A stretch of DNA of 64,000 bases from Takakia lepidozioides (taxonomy: Eukaryota > Plantae > Bryophyta). The DNA lies in the NCBI GenBank assembly GCA_030704615.1, contig CM060731.1, positions 40,548,001 through 40,612,000 of the forward strand. The letters run 5' to 3'. Positions 1 through 13,826 of the stretch are shown one piece after another; position 1 is the first letter of the stretch; each line of letters begins with the position of its first letter. The notes beneath the pieces were generated by a model. It was not told the origin of the DNA, did not search any database, and saw only the letters and a list, made by a program, of their open reading frames with translations. A program made the position numbers and the translations under genes.

Positions 1-3000
1 GGCAGTTGGAACGAAAGCTAAATGCTTCAGAACCTCACGGAATGTGCTGTCCCCAGCACACAGCTGCGGGAGCTCTCTCAAAACACACAACATCATACGA
101 TTACGAATCTCAGGAGAAAGCTCGCTCAATCGATTCAGAACTCTCGACTTGTAAAAGGCTGGCCGTTCCAACTGACTCACTCCAAGTGGTCCTGCCAACC
201 ATTGTGCTTCCCGCTGTGACAAGGCATATAGGAAGTCTCGACCTAGCAGAGTCTCCTCCACACCCACAGGGGCCAAAAATAATTTGGATCCTGCCAGGTG
301 AACAAATAATGTCTCACTGCCATTGGATCCAGTGTATACCTCAAAAATAGGGAGGGACTTCAATATATGCAATCGGGATTCATTCATCTGATCCCCAGCA
401 TACCACTTTGCATCGTACAGAAACTTGCGAAGATCACGCCTCTCAGCATCATTCACAGCCTCAAACAAAAGCTCAAGACCAGGTAGCTGATGTAAAGCTG
501 CTGCAAAAACTGCATCTAAAACACCTGATGCATTGGCATCATGCACATACATCGACAGCTGCGCATGCTCAACCCCCAAGTCCTTCCTTAGTATGTGGCA
601 ACCCAATTTTGCGAAAAGGCTCTCCAGGCTACTGCTCCAGGCCCCAGCCCTCAGTACTTTCGAATTCGTCTCAAGTTTACAAAGGTGCTCACTGGTCGTT
701 GGAAGCAAAGGCCAGTCTTTGAAAGTAGCCAGGTTCTTGCAGTTCTCTCGCAGGTATTGCCAACACAGAGTGAGCCACTCCTGCTTTGGATGTCTTGCCG
801 AAGACTCGGGTTTCCAAATCACCTCCTCAACACCCTTCCATTCAGCAGGCATTAGGTGATGCAAGAGCTGTGAAAGATGTCTTTCTGTAAAGACGTAGAC
901 ATTTGTGTTTGAAACACGTGCGATGTTATCAAGCCTTTCTAACAACCTTTTCGGTATACTCCGATCAACCACCTTGTCAGGCAGACCTTCCAGGAGTCGA
1001 TACCCTAGTTCATTGCAGACATAGTATACGCTAGCATTCCCCCTCTTTCCAAACACACCCAAGGCAGCACTAGCTAGAGGAACCAGTGGCAATCCCACAA
1101 GCAACCCTGCTGCTTCCTCATCTATCACATCCTCGAGACAATACTCCAGCAGTAGCAGGGCATTCCTTCTGTCAGCTAATCCTCCATGTGTCCCAGGCTT
1201 CCGTAATTGGGCCCTAATCACACTAGGCAATATCATATTTGGACTTGCCACGCACAAACTGAACAGCATATTTCTCAATGTGGTCGATAGGCGAACAAGG
1301 GGAACTTTTTCAGCAACTAGAGCACCAGCAAGTCCCTCCGCATCAACAAACTCTTCATCATGATATGCAGCTTGCTTGGGAGTCAACCATCTTCCACCTC
1401 CAGCAGCTGTATGCAGCAATGGAAGTTCAGCAGCATAGGTGTAGAACCGCTTGACCATGGTTAGCCAAGGCTCCACAGAACTTCTGCAAGGCCACAGCGA
1501 ATCATAGAGAGATATTGGTCCAAGCTGCTTGGAGGCTTCAACCAGTAACAGCGAGAATGCTGATGCCACCACATCCTCCAGAAGACACCGATTCCAATCA
1601 GATCGCAACTTACCCCCTCTATCCATGTCCGCACCATACCATATATCACGGCGATTTGAGGATAGTTCAAAATAACCATTCACATGCACCGGTAGCCCTG
1701 TCTTCACTGGAAGGGGTAGAAAGCAAAAGGCTTGCCCTTCCACGCTCACTCCCTCCTGTGCCTGCAGACAGACGAAGCAGCTCCTTGACTTCTCTACCCA
1801 TATCAATACAATTACGTTTGTGTAACAACCACACGCATACACACCAGCATATGTATATATCCTCCTCCTCACTTCCTTCCATTTCATCCAATCAAGACTC
1901 AAACAACAATGAACAAAACATAGAGAGAATGCAACTCCACCTTCTGACCAGTGCTTGAAATCTTTGCAGCAATGGAAGCCCAGGGCAGCAGGTGCAAGTC
2001 ATAATCTCTTGCATTTTTAGCCATTGCCCCAATCCTGCTTGCTGCTGCTCCCATTGACTGGGCGATCAAAAAGGAATCAGTTTGCTTTTCCCCCCTATGG
2101 ACCCCAGACAGAACCTCACTCACAAACTCCACCCTGTACACATCAGTGTTGTTGTCCACAGAGGAGATGCTATGTGGTACAGGCAGGGGTGCCCTTGATA
2201 ACCTTGAAAACATCTGACGATGCCAACGAGTCTCAGCACTGGGAGAACCAACTTGGACGGCATAGATCTGCTGGGGGCCGGCCACCCCCACCTGCCACTC
2301 ATAAATCTCTATCAACTCCACACTCTTAAGAAAGAGCATGGCAGAAACTCCTTCTACATAGAGTTCATGCAGCAACTTGCTCATATCCTCCTCAGAGTAC
2401 GACTGCCTTGAAAGCCGGCTAACTGCAGCTTGCTGCTCACTGCGGAGTGGAAATCGAAAGAGGGTACCTAAGTAGGGCCTTTCCATGTCGCAACCGAAGG
2501 CACAATAGGCCGCAAACTGGTCTCTGTAAAGCCTGAGTGCTTGAGAGCTTACAAAGTCAATTCGCTTGCCAGGATTGGCTGCAGAAACTCTTGGAAGGAA
2601 TTTGCAATGTGGATCAAACAAAACCACATACCTTCCACTCACAAAGGACGGCAAGTCTGAGAGGTGGTACACTGAATTAAATCCAACCCTGCAGAGAACC
2701 ACATAAATGAAGTCAAAGGCTGCACTGCAACCTAAAAGGGACTACCGGCAACTCTGCTAAACCCAAAACCCTGATTCTTGGAAATAGCTCTCTCCCTCAG
2801 GAACATAGTCCCTGCACCTCTTCTCACTAACTTTAAAAATTTCAAGGCTAAGCCTAAAGCTCTTGACCGGTTGCGGTCTTATTGCTTTGGCAGCTCACAC
2901 ACAGCAGGGTGATGCTTGTGTGAAGGGCTTTGTAGAGGAGATCTGGAAAGCCCGAACTAATCAGTAATACCAAGGAAAGTCCCACTACTGGAGTGAGCCC

Positions 3001-4069
3001 CTCAAGGTAGCATCTGTTCCCTCTTGTTCTGCCCAACTGTGCGCGGGCTCTATGGCCACAAGGCTACGGCAAACGTTGTCTTATGAGTACACTCTCTTCT
3101 GTTCCTAGACAAGGAATGACCGGCAGTGCAAAATTTGTGGCCAAATTGAGGTCTAAAGCCGCAGCAGCATTTTAATCAACATAACCTAACCGAATGATGT
3201 ACCAGCATACCCATCAGCTACTCACTTCACTGTAACCAGGTTGTTGTAGGCTCTGCTCAAGTGCTATGGCAAGTTTGGTCGAGTCCCAAATACTCTTACT
3301 GGCTCAAACCTCATAACATTCCCAATCTGTGGCCAATTGGGGCCTGAATAGCAGCAGTACAATCAACATTTATACTTCAAAACTATGTCTGTATCATGGG
3401 CATCAAACACACTCAATTCCTAGTTAACCGGATTGTCATTAGCTGTGCTCTAAGCCTACTGCACTTTGTTATGGCGTTTCGAGTGGTAACCCTCAAGCAG
3501 CTCCAGAGGGTTAGTATACTGCAAGAATCTCTAAGGGGTGTCATAACCAACAAAGGTGAAATTCAGACAGTACATGTCACTTAGCCTGATGCGTCCTTGG
3601 GCCCCCCCCCCCAGGGACATTATGAAGTTTCTTTCTTCTTTCTCTCTCTCTTCTTCATTATCTGTACATATGTCTTCTATGTCGAGGTAAATAATTGAGA
3701 CTCATACCCAAAGCGCCCAGTTTTCCAGGCCTGACCACGTTTCTTACTGTCTCCAATCCTAGAAATACTCTCAAAGTCCTCTTCGCCAAATTGTGCGTTG
3801 TTGGATGCCAGCAAGGCAGGCCCTTGCCACTCAGCCAAAGGTCCATAGGCAAGTGACTCTGTGCCATGTTGTCGGCGATCCAAACAGAAGCTCACGGATG
3901 TGGCCCCTGCATCATCCGCATTCTGAAGCAGCTCCTTCAGGATTGTAGTGCCTTCAGGATAGTTGGCTAAAACTTCACGAATTCGCTGGGTCAGATCCAC
4001 CTTCTGCCCAAAATCTTCTGCGAAATCAAGCCCCTCCTGCTCCACACCCGAGAGGTCTGACTTCTCCAT
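1..4069 (-). CDS. SACS: Sacsin-like protein, 5' part (exons 4069-3708, 2688-1941, 1761-<1; continues beyond window)
   Basis: Sacsin-repeat HSP90-like motifs FGQKVDLTQRIREVLANYPEG..ILKELLQNADDAGA, KTGRFG|VGFNSVYHLSDLPSFVSG, GTLFRFPLR, GQAFCFLPLPVKTGLPVHVNGYFELSSNRRDIW. GT-AG junctions at 3707/2689 and 1940/1762 keep the frame. Confidence 0.93.
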
Positions 4070-6942
4070 CTTTCACTGCTCACAGTTACCTCCCCTGGTC
4101 CCTATCCAGCCTCCTTCACCATCCTTCCTCCACACCCTCTTGCTTTGCTGGCAACTTGCCTGTTCATAAACGCAAGCATGGACTCCAGCAATGCTGGAGT
4201 TCTTTGATATGCTTTGGGTTTCTTCTTCCAGTTATCACCAATTACCTTTCTTATCTATCCATGGTTCCTCATTTGTTTGAAATGCAAAGTTTCAAAAATT
4301 GCATGCAATCTGATGACAGGATACACACTACCAATACCAGCTCCTCTTTTCCGTATCCCTTTCATAGTCATGCTTTCACAGCTGTCGCCCTGATGAGGTG
4401 CTTTGCATCTGAAGAAAGACCATGCCCCCCCACCACATAGGATTTTCTTCAAAACGATATAGAAACACCTAAGGATGGTTGTCCACAATTAGCATCCGCA
4501 CATACACTGGTGAGGCAGACAAACCAAAACCTAAGCATTAACTAGAATCCTCCATTGGCTAGTCACATTTGCACAAACCGCATAGTGAAGCTGCAAGTTC
4601 ACCTCCAGAGTAACCACCCCGCACATGAGAAAAACCTTGCTTCATTTCCAGTCCCATTCAACAACACATGCACATTGCTAAGTACATGCCCTGTGGTCTC
4701 AGTAGCCCAAACTAATCTACAGGTTGGAGTTTGTCATAACAAATGATAGAGTATATTTCTGCTGCTGGGGCAGAACACTCAGACTTGTCTCTTCCCCTTC
4801 CTCTGAATTGTCAATTCTTGCACTTGTGTAGCAGTCCCACTCCTTCTGCCTATCATAAGAACCCAGTAATCCCAATTGCCCTGAAACCAAAGGTGGTATG
4901 GCCACCTCCTCTATAGTAGAACTTATCATGTTTCTCCAGTCAACATAGTGGCTGTGCAGCCCACAGAAGGAGCGAGTTACCGGTCTTTCTATGATTTCAG
5001 CCATTATCTGTTCTCAGCCCACAGTCTACCCAAACCTAAGCTTTGGTATCAATCTTGTCTTCCAACCTCTTTGTATAAGCTTTCAATCATAATATGCTAT
5101 GACAAAATTGAATTCCAAGACGTCTTGAGCCCATCTCTGTGACTCTTATGACTTCTACAGAATCCCATCATTTCTAATGAACCAGCTCTCAATCCACATA
5201 CCATAACCGGGATATTTTGCATCCCCAATCAAGGAATCTGATCTGGTACAATAATTTGGCACCAATAGTAGGTGAAAATGCTGCAAGGATTTCCTTGGCA
5301 TGCAGCACATCCACTATTAATGCTGTGTCAGGCACCATGACAAAGGTCTCAATTATTATCCGGCTTGCTGGTTTGCTCAGCAAGCTGATCTGGTAAATAA
5401 TCACGACAGTAATGTCCTGAAAAACTGCTGGCAGGAATTCCTTGACATGGAAATGCTGAGAGTCATGCAAAGTATCAGACGTCCTACTCACTCATTAGCC
5501 TACAAGCCAGTGGATTGAAATACTCAATCCTGTGGGTTATACGAAAGCACTCAATCATACAGAGAGGCTCGGTGATCATCCACTTACACAAAAGGCTCCT
5601 GGTGAGTGCTCGTGTCAACGTCACTGAAGTCTTCCCAATTGTGCTTCACCGTATTGGGCACTCCTTCGCAACAGCGTCGTCCTCAGCTCAGACCATCCTC
5701 ACCATAATCCAAAAAAATCCATGCCATCGCCTACATCTGACTTGGAATGGAATACCATTGAGTAAAAGCAAACAGCAGGATAGCAAACAAAAGAAAGTTC
5801 ACGACCCATATGAAATCAACTTTTCCCAACACTAACGCATCACAGCAAACAGAGATTGGACACCATACAACAAAGAAAGCTTTCATACCTTCATCCGGAA
5901 GTCGATGACATAACGTTCAAAAGCGAGCTATCCCAAATTGGCATCAGAAGATCGCAAATGGAGGATTGCTATTCTCGTGCGGTGCACTGAGGCGGGCAGC
6001 TTCGCCTTTCTTGCCTCTCCTTATGACACTGCTGCTGCTATTGCCAGGTTTCTGCCAGGTTCCCATTCACATAGTACTGTTTTTCTGCCCTTTTTCCTCG
6101 AGGGAACGTGGGGAACAGACGCGTCAATATTCTTTCTTATTGGTTTTCTTTCCAGAGCCCTTTCTATCAGAACTTGTCAAAAGGAATGGCAACTGAGGAT
6201 CTCCCTCAGGATTGAATTTGTGACATACTGGAAATGAGAATGAATCTGAGTTCTTTCTGATCAAGGATCACATCAATGCTCCCTCTCCCACAGTATTTGT
6301 CGACCAGAAGCTCAAACTACTGTGTTTGCAATGGTCCATGCACAGTGATGCGGAGACTGGGGGACCATATCACATGAGGTTCAAGTCTTGTCTTCCAAAG
6401 AGGATCATCTTGGGCTCAAATGCTTGAAAGTGTCAATTTCATATGAATTGAATAGGAGGGAAGAAATGCTTTGCAGAAACTCCTTGCAATCTTCTTGTGG
6501 TTTCCCAGCAAGTAACAAAAGCCGACTACTTTTAAGTGTTGAAAAACTTCCAAGTACTAATTCAAGGAGCCATAACCTTTCAACATTCAGCATGCCTGAA
6601 CAGTGCATCCAAACAAAATTTAACCACGTCCAGTCAAGATGTCTTTCAGATCATGATCGATTTTTTGGACAGGAGATGCTCACAATGAATATTTTCCAGA
6701 GAAGACAAATATACACCAAGCATCCTCAGCGAACAAGCTCAGCTGCTACTCGATCTCCATCAAACCTTGTTTCAGCTACCTTGGCCATACTTGTTTGTAA
6801 GCACAGATGCTAGGTGATTCACTGCATCGGACTTTGGGAAACTGCTTACTAAATGGAGGACATCTGTTGGTGGATGCACAGAATAAACATGCTTATTACC
6901 TGTTTGAGGACAAATGAAGAGAGAACAGACAGCGAGACACAA

Positions 6943-9900
6943 TTAACAAGGAGGTAGGCGTGGCCCAATTATAGAATGTTTGGACGGTCTGGTAGAGAAA
7001 GAGGTGGGTGGTGCATCCTTGGAGATGGCTTCCTGTTCAGCCAAAGCTCGAGTAGCTTCAGCTCTCCATTCTGCCTGGCGCTGTGCTTCGGCTGTCGGCA
7101 AACCTAACTGCCATGCACACCCTCACCCCAACCACACTCCTCTGCCTTGATCAAGGGCAGTTCTTCTCCAAGAACTAGATTCTCTTTCCAGGATAAGATA
7201 GGAGATGGGTGGATCAAGGCTTCAAAGCTTGCTTAACCTAACACTCAATCCACAAGCAGGAGGGGAGAAACGGATCTACTACCAAATCATTTGGTAGAAA
7301 CAAGCTTGGTGGGGACTTACCGCAACACGAAAAGCGTCCATCCGGGCAACTTCACGCTCTTCTATGGTTGCAAGCTTATTTCCTGCCGCGATTGTCCTCT
7401 CCAATCTCTGTCATGAGAAACCAAAATCCTTCAGCCCCTACAAGACTCCCATCTCTGCCAGTAAGAGTAGGCTATTTCTTTGGAGCTCTACATTGGCACC
7501 AGGTCATAACACTCCCGTGTCCCACCAACTAACTACATATCATAACAGTTCAAACATAGTTGCTAAGGACTCTCTGCAGATAGAGTCTACTTAAGACCCT
7601 TGTCAACAATGGATGTGCAAAATTTTCTCCACCATCTGTCCAATAGTGTAACTCAATTTGCCTCACCTTTCTTGAACCCACCCAGTCTATGCTGAAGCAA
7701 TACTGCCTTCCCCAGCACATATCTCCTACTTTTATCATGTGGCCACCAGATACCCTCCCTTCATCCCACATCCCATTTGACAATTCTCAACCTAATCTAA
7801 CCAAGATTGCTGAGGTAGTACTTTAAAATGAAGACCTGCAAAATCTCCCCTCTGCATGGTAAGGACACGCATAACTCAACACATACTAAATACAGAACTG
7901 GCCTTAAAGAAGGAACATACCCTTTTTTCGCTCCGAAGTTTCTTCTTGGCTCTGTTTCATCAGATCATATACGCACGCTCAGAAAACCAGCAAGCGTTTC
8001 TCATTGTGTGTATGGAGATGCAAATATGTAAAAATACAATATGCAATTTAGTAGGTGTCTTGTAGGATATTCAACAGAGTTCTGGGACTTGGTGTAGGTT
8101 TAGCTGGCAATAACTGTTTATTATCCCTTAACATCCATCACCTATCATCTATTCTAACACTATTCCACCTTAGCCATGATGTCATTTTCTTCGATCCAAC
8201 TGAAGTAAAGAAACAAAGCAACCATGTCAAACCCGAGTGAAAAGAGTTAGAGAGGGGCATCCAGACTTATGTTGACGACACAAGTTAAACAAAGGCGTGA
8301 ACAACGATGTAAACAAATGAGGGCGACCATCCCAGGCCCTGAACCAGACAAGAGAATAGTAAACACACCTCCAATCCACAGCACCATAGAGGCGATGCAT
8401 TTCTGCTTGTTCATCGCGTGCTCTCTGTAGCTCCCCACTTGCCAACCTTGCCTGCATTCATTCCTTGAGACTTCAATTTAGATGCAGTGGCCAAGAGAAT
8501 GGACCCATGCACTCCTTATGCTTGACAAACTCTTTAACATCATCAATTTCAGGTGGGGATCACCCAGACTGAAGACCCAAGATAGCATTGTCTTATGCCT
8601 CTTTTAACTAATTGAAATGAGAAAGAAAGATGGCAAGGAACTTCAAGGAGAGAAATGAGGAGAAAGAGAGAGGTTCCTTTCAGCCTTTGGCCTCTTCTGT
8701 TGCCTTTCTTTGTTGAGGTGTCGTGGACACTGTGTTGTGAAAGCTTCTTTAAAACAAGAAAAGGAAGAAAAAAGAGAGGAATTTGTACAGGTGCAGAGAC
8801 AGAAAGGTGAGGGAGAGAAGGAGGCCTCCTGGTTTAGGATGGAGAGAGGACCTTGGCAAGCTCTGCGTTACGCCTAATAAGTGCCTTCTGCTGTTCCTGT
8901 GCATCCATTGTGACCTGCTTGCAGCCACAAGATAGCGCTTTCAGTATTACTGACATGAGTTGTGCTTCTCTGATGTGTATGTAACCTACATAGGCTCAAA
9001 GAGGCGAACAATTTACATGCATAAATGTTTGAAAACATAGAACACCAATTGGTGACCTCAGCTTGGAGAGATAGAGGACGAAGTAGACACCCCCACTTCT
9101 TTGCACTTGTGACATGTGAGAAAGCATACATGTTCACATAAGCCCATGACCGACTTCATACTCAAAGATCCCGATGCCACACCAACCGATGGTATAACTT
9201 GGATTGTGCCAGGGATTCTACCTAGAATGCTGCAAACGTGTTCACCCTTATACATATTGAGAGAGAAAAAGTCAGGACCGTGTAAGCTTCCATTGACGAG
9301 GCTCAAAATTCGAAGAAGAAGAAAAGAGTAGTGTACAGACAGGCTCAAGACAGCTAACCCAGATCAGGGTGCCACAGTTAAACCATTGGTGAAGAATTGT
9401 GGGATTTCTATGCTCAAATATACCTGTAGTTGTGTGCGGAGTGTTGGCTTCAATGAATTCTCATCTGGTGTAGCCATCACCTCCTCAGACTTTTCTTTCA
9501 ACCTTCTTTTACCTCCCCCTTTACTGTCTTGGCTTGTATGACGCTTGCTATGTCGCTCCTTCCTCTTATGCCTATCCCGATCCTTGTTTCTACTTTTGGT
9601 GGAGAGAAATTCTGGATCCCTGGCCTTTTCCCTGCTCCTTCGCCTTCCTCTCTTGTCTCTTGTCTTCATCTTCTTTTCCATCTTCAAATTCCGATCGATA
9701 ATTTTCCTATCTTGGCTTCCTTTTGATCTGTGCTTTCTACATTATATCAAAGAAAAAATTTCAGCTTTGCCTGTACTTAAGTTAAAATGATGACAGATAC
9801 ACAAACAAGTCTCATCCTCACTCTAAAGATTGAAGGAGACGGCTGGTGCTTCAATACCCATGAAAGCCACCTCATACACCTCGTTAAAGTGATGGCTACC

Positions 9901-10929
9901 TTCTCTGCACTCACTGCACAGGTCAACTCTCTCAAACACTCTCCACTCCTCTCTCGAAAGGCAGTGTAAAGGTGGATATTAATTTAGGGAGTCAGACAAC
10001 AATCTACTAGTCTTGCTGCCTATGCCCGTGTTCCGTGATGCTGAAATACTTGGATCTCTCTCTCTCTCTCTCCCTCCTGACATCGGCACAGAACGTTACA
10101 TTCGCTCTCACCCAAGATGATTTCAAGCAATATGAGTGATGACCCTGAAGTACACTGGGTGGTAGCAATGCCCACGGCAGCCCTCGCAATGACACACACA
10201 TTACATTGCAACCCATATTGTTGTTGAATATTGTGAATATGGCCATTGCAAAGTGAGAGAATACCCTGGCAGAATCTCATAATAAAATTTCTACTTTGGG
10301 CGAAATATCTGAAAAAAAACATATCTCATTGGACAACCCCTTTCTTCCCACTCGGATCATGCAAGTTCCCTAGATACTCGGTGCACATTTCTATCCATGA
10401 AGATACAGCAAGCAAAACGTATACACGCCCACAGACCATTGTTCTCTTGGCAGACAAGAACCAGTCTACATAATAAATACTAACGGAATCAAAGACGGGA
10501 TTGGAGAACTTAGACATGCCGGCTGATGTCTTCGTCCTGAGATGATGAAGAAACAGCGGAAGAGTCATCAGGGCTGCTGCAAGACCGGGGATGGGCAGAC
10601 CTCCGTCTCTTTCTTGACTTCCTGGCATCCACAGCATCAGAATCGGAGGAAGAAGAGGATGCAAAAGAAGAACTTCGTTCTCCATCCCTCTCACTCTCAG
10701 AACTCTCCGAACTTTCGCTCCTTTCTCGCTTCCTGCTGCCATTAGGTCTTAAACCCGACCCGTTTGAGCTTATCTTCGAGTGCCGACTGCTTCTAGAGGA
10801 CGATTTTCCATTTGTCTTCGCTACGTTTTTTACGGAAGAAATTCCAGTTTGGGAACACTCCACAAACAATTTCGCGTCCAGTTGAACCTTGGGGGAATCG
10901 TCCAACCGAGGTACAGATGAGGACTTCAT
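6943..10929 (-). CDS. Multi-exon uncharacterised protein with Ser/Arg/Lys-rich N-terminal half and coiled-coil-like C-terminus
   Basis: Low-complexity ORFs 10510-10965 and 9364-9687. Later GT-AG-bounded exons read e.g. RLERTIAAGNKLATIEEREVARMDAFRVA| (ends 7321) and |LGLPTAEAQRQAEW...GPRLPPC* (7107-6943). Start codon and middle exons are approximate. Confidence 0.5.
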
Positions 10930-11360
10930 TGCAGCAGTAGTATTGTCATCAGAGTGCTCATACAAGTTTTTGATTGCGCCTGACTGGAGCAGACTAGAGC
11001 AGCGAATCTGACTCGATCAGAGATTTTGAAACCTGTTACAAATATCTGCATACAGCGCACTACTTGAGCAGGAAAATTCCATACAGAACAAATCTACAGC
11101 CAGCAAACGGCTCTTGCTTCCACCACATGTGATCGTTTCAGTTGTTGTCGTTGTAGCAGTATAGGTATCCGAACACAGAATTGTAGCGGATTTTCAAACT
11201 TACAGTTTTCACCGAAATTTTTGGAACCCACAAACCCTCTCACACACTGATCACGCTCTACAAAGCTCAGAGCCCAATCCTCATCAGAACTCACAGACAA
11301 TTCTTAAGCCCATCTGGCTATGGAGCCCGGGAGGGCGCGAGTAGTTAACTGCGGTTGAAG

Positions 11361-11433
11361 AATGGTAAACCATGGCATGCCATGGCATGCCATGGTATAC
11401 CATGGTATTCCATCCCATCACCATGCATCATGC
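11361..11433. repeat. Tandem array of near-palindromic 10-mers (CATGGCATGC/CATGGTATAC)
   Basis: aatggtaaac catggcatgc catggcatgc catggtatac catggtattc cat..., lying between two divergently oriented genes. Confidence 0.75.
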
Positions 11434-11505
11434 TATCATCAGGGGTTAGGGTTTGGGAAGAGAGAGAGAGGGAGAAGAGGGGAGTTTTGTGGAGGGAGAA
11501 TTGCG

Positions 11506-11790
11506 ATGGCCGCAGTAGCGCCATCTGCAGCGGAGGTGCGGGCGCTGTTGAGAGGCTTTCTCAGAGAAGCGCGAAGATTTACGCACTATAATGTGCGGGA
11601 GTACGTGAAACGGCGAAGTCGGGAAGCGTTTAAGGACAATTCCGAGTTGTCGGATCTTTCCAGCGTTGTCTCTGCTTTCAATCAGGGGAAGCAGCAGCTG
11701 GAATTGACCAGGCGGCAATCGGTTGTGTATTCGTTGTATCAACCTCGAATGACGAGTATAATGGACTTGAAGATTCGCAAGGGTGCGTGA
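11506..11790 (+). CDS. ISD11: LYR-motif protein 4 (ISD11), mitochondrial Fe-S cluster assembly factor
   Basis: 94 aa: EVRALLRGFLREARRFTHYNVREYVKRRSREAFKDN...QLELTRRQSVVYSLY, matching the LYRM4/ISD11 pattern. ATG at 11506. Confidence 0.88.
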   Translation: MAAVAPSAAEVRALLRGFLREARRFTHYNVREYVKRRSREAFKDNSELSDLSSVVSAFNQGKQQLELTRRQSVVYSLYQPRMTSIMDLKIRKGA

Positions 11791-13064
11791 TTGGGTTGCC
11801 CGGCCGTTGGATTGGTTGTGACAGTAGGAGGCTGGTGCAATTGCAGTAAAGCATGGAAGGATTGGAAGATATAAGTAGACGGCCCTTAATAATGGTGTTG
11901 AGGCTGGGTAGTCCGTGATGGGCATGCTATGTACATGATTGTTACGTCACATACGGGTGGTGTTGTGAATTGTACAGGGGACTCGGACTCAAGGAGTCGA
12001 TTCTGCTGGGAAGAAAAGGATTTTGGTCTGCAGATTGGATAGTCCATTCCGATTGTACATTCCGCCCGTCAAACTTGCATAATAACGTGGAAAGTTTAGG
12101 TTTCAGGCTGTCATGTGTGCTTGATGTGAAATGGTTGAGTGGAATGGTAAAATCTCTGAGAATGTAACAGGCTCGAGACAAACTCGAGAGCTGGACCCTG
12201 CAAGTAGAGGGGGGAATTATGACTTCAACTTTCGCTTAGGTAGAGAGGCTGGGGACAAAGTCAAAAGCTGGACTCGGCAGGTGAAGGGGAGTTTTCTTCT
12301 GGTTTTCTTTCTGATCTCTTGTTGTGCCTGGTGGATACGTAGGATTTTTTTTGTGCGGATACTCTCTTATTGTTATTCATTCAATCTCCGACCCTTCTCT
12401 CTTCTCCCTGTTTGTGGTGTGATTACGGTCAGAACGGCAGAACCGCTCCCAATAGTCGGAGGTGAATACTCACTGTAAGTGGATGTCGTCTAAGTTCTTG
12501 CAGAAAATTCTGAAAGTGGCCAAAATCAATGGGAAATCCAATTCCCTTGAAAGCCATGATGATGCTATTTAATATGCCTGTTTGATTCATTGGTCAACAT
12601 CGTGTTTTTGAGCAGAGTAGGTGAAGTTGAAGTAGAGGGGGTTTGCAGGTATGGGGCCCAAGAGTGCCTCTCTCTTCAGACAAGGAAATCTACAGAGATT
12701 GTTTTTTCCTACATTTCAGACGTGTGTAGTCCATGTCACTCATTGTCTGTTTGATCAAAAAAATTCAGAGATGCTAAACAGACCCCTAGGGGTGGTCATT
12801 CAACCTGACATGAGGCCAGTAGTTGTCACAGATTTCTTTTACAAAAAGCATATCAATAATGAGGCAGCTGCTGCAAAGCTGTGTAGCCAGCCAAATCTGT
12901 TCTTGACCCATATTTCCGCTACCAGTTTCAGAGTTGATCTTGCTATGTTGAATAAGGGCATTCTAGGATAACTTTCTAAATTCTTCTGCTTGACATAGAG
13001 GCTTAGCATCTGACATGAGCTCTCTTGTGTTGACCAATATTCGATGTTGATTTTTCACCACTGT

Positions 13065-13755
13065 ACTCAGGAGATACCTGCCAGCATGCAGAAAGACAGC
13101 TCTATCAGGAAACCATCTGTTGAGTACTTCCCAAAAATCTGGTAGGAAGTACAGACCTGGAACACTGTACTGGTTGCTCCAAAAGATTAGCCAGGGTATG
13201 CGTCTGAGAAGCTTCTGCTCTGCTGGACAGAAGAAGCGAAGGTCTTGTTTTGGGCTGAGATTGGACAGTTTTGTAACTAAGTGCTTTGGTGTGTTGAAGA
13301 TTTTCCCACTATTTGTATCTTCTGTGGTTCCATTTTCTTTCACCAGGTTCAGAGCTCTGTCATAGAACAAGCCATGGTTCTCAGACTGCTTTCGCACAGC
13401 AGCTTCAGGAAAGCCTTGAGGCACCAACCATAAGGAGTCAGGAAATGGTTCACACAGCAGGTGCTGCGGGCTGGCCTCAGGAGTGATCAACATTGCTCGT
13501 CGGTTATCAAAGAATACACAAAAACCGACACCGAGCTGATTTTCCTTTCCATCAAGACTCTTCCATATCACGTACTGGCATCCATCTGGTGGCCTCCCTT
13601 CCAACAGCATCTTTGTCAGATCATGGCCATGCACGCATCTTTGGTGCAAGGCCTCATAGTCTCTCAGAGCAGATAGAAATGGAGTAGATGGGGTGTAGTT
13701 TGTGGCTCGCCAAAAGCAATGTTGCTCATACTTGCTTCTGCAGCTTGGATGGCTC
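13065..13755 (-). pseudogene. Truncated GT37 fucosyltransferase copy
   Basis: Near-identical to 39255-39954 of the intact FUT gene, but missing both ends and carrying small indels near 13500-13545. Confidence 0.9.
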
Positions 13756-13771
13756 AACTGGAAGCACTGGT

Positions 13772-13826
13772 CAACCGCTTTCACCACTTCCAACATGGGG
13801 TCTGTTCTTGTGGGGATTACTGGTGA
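13772..13826 (+). pseudogene. Isolated DYW-domain C-terminus (NRFHHFQHGVCSCGDYW*)
   Basis: Direct translation; near-identical to the last codons of the PPR-DYW gene at 49695-49749. Confidence 0.88.

Noticed and set aside
4700-6800. Possible degraded coding region on the minus strand
   Set aside because: Protein-like patches with many stops, but no family I can identify.
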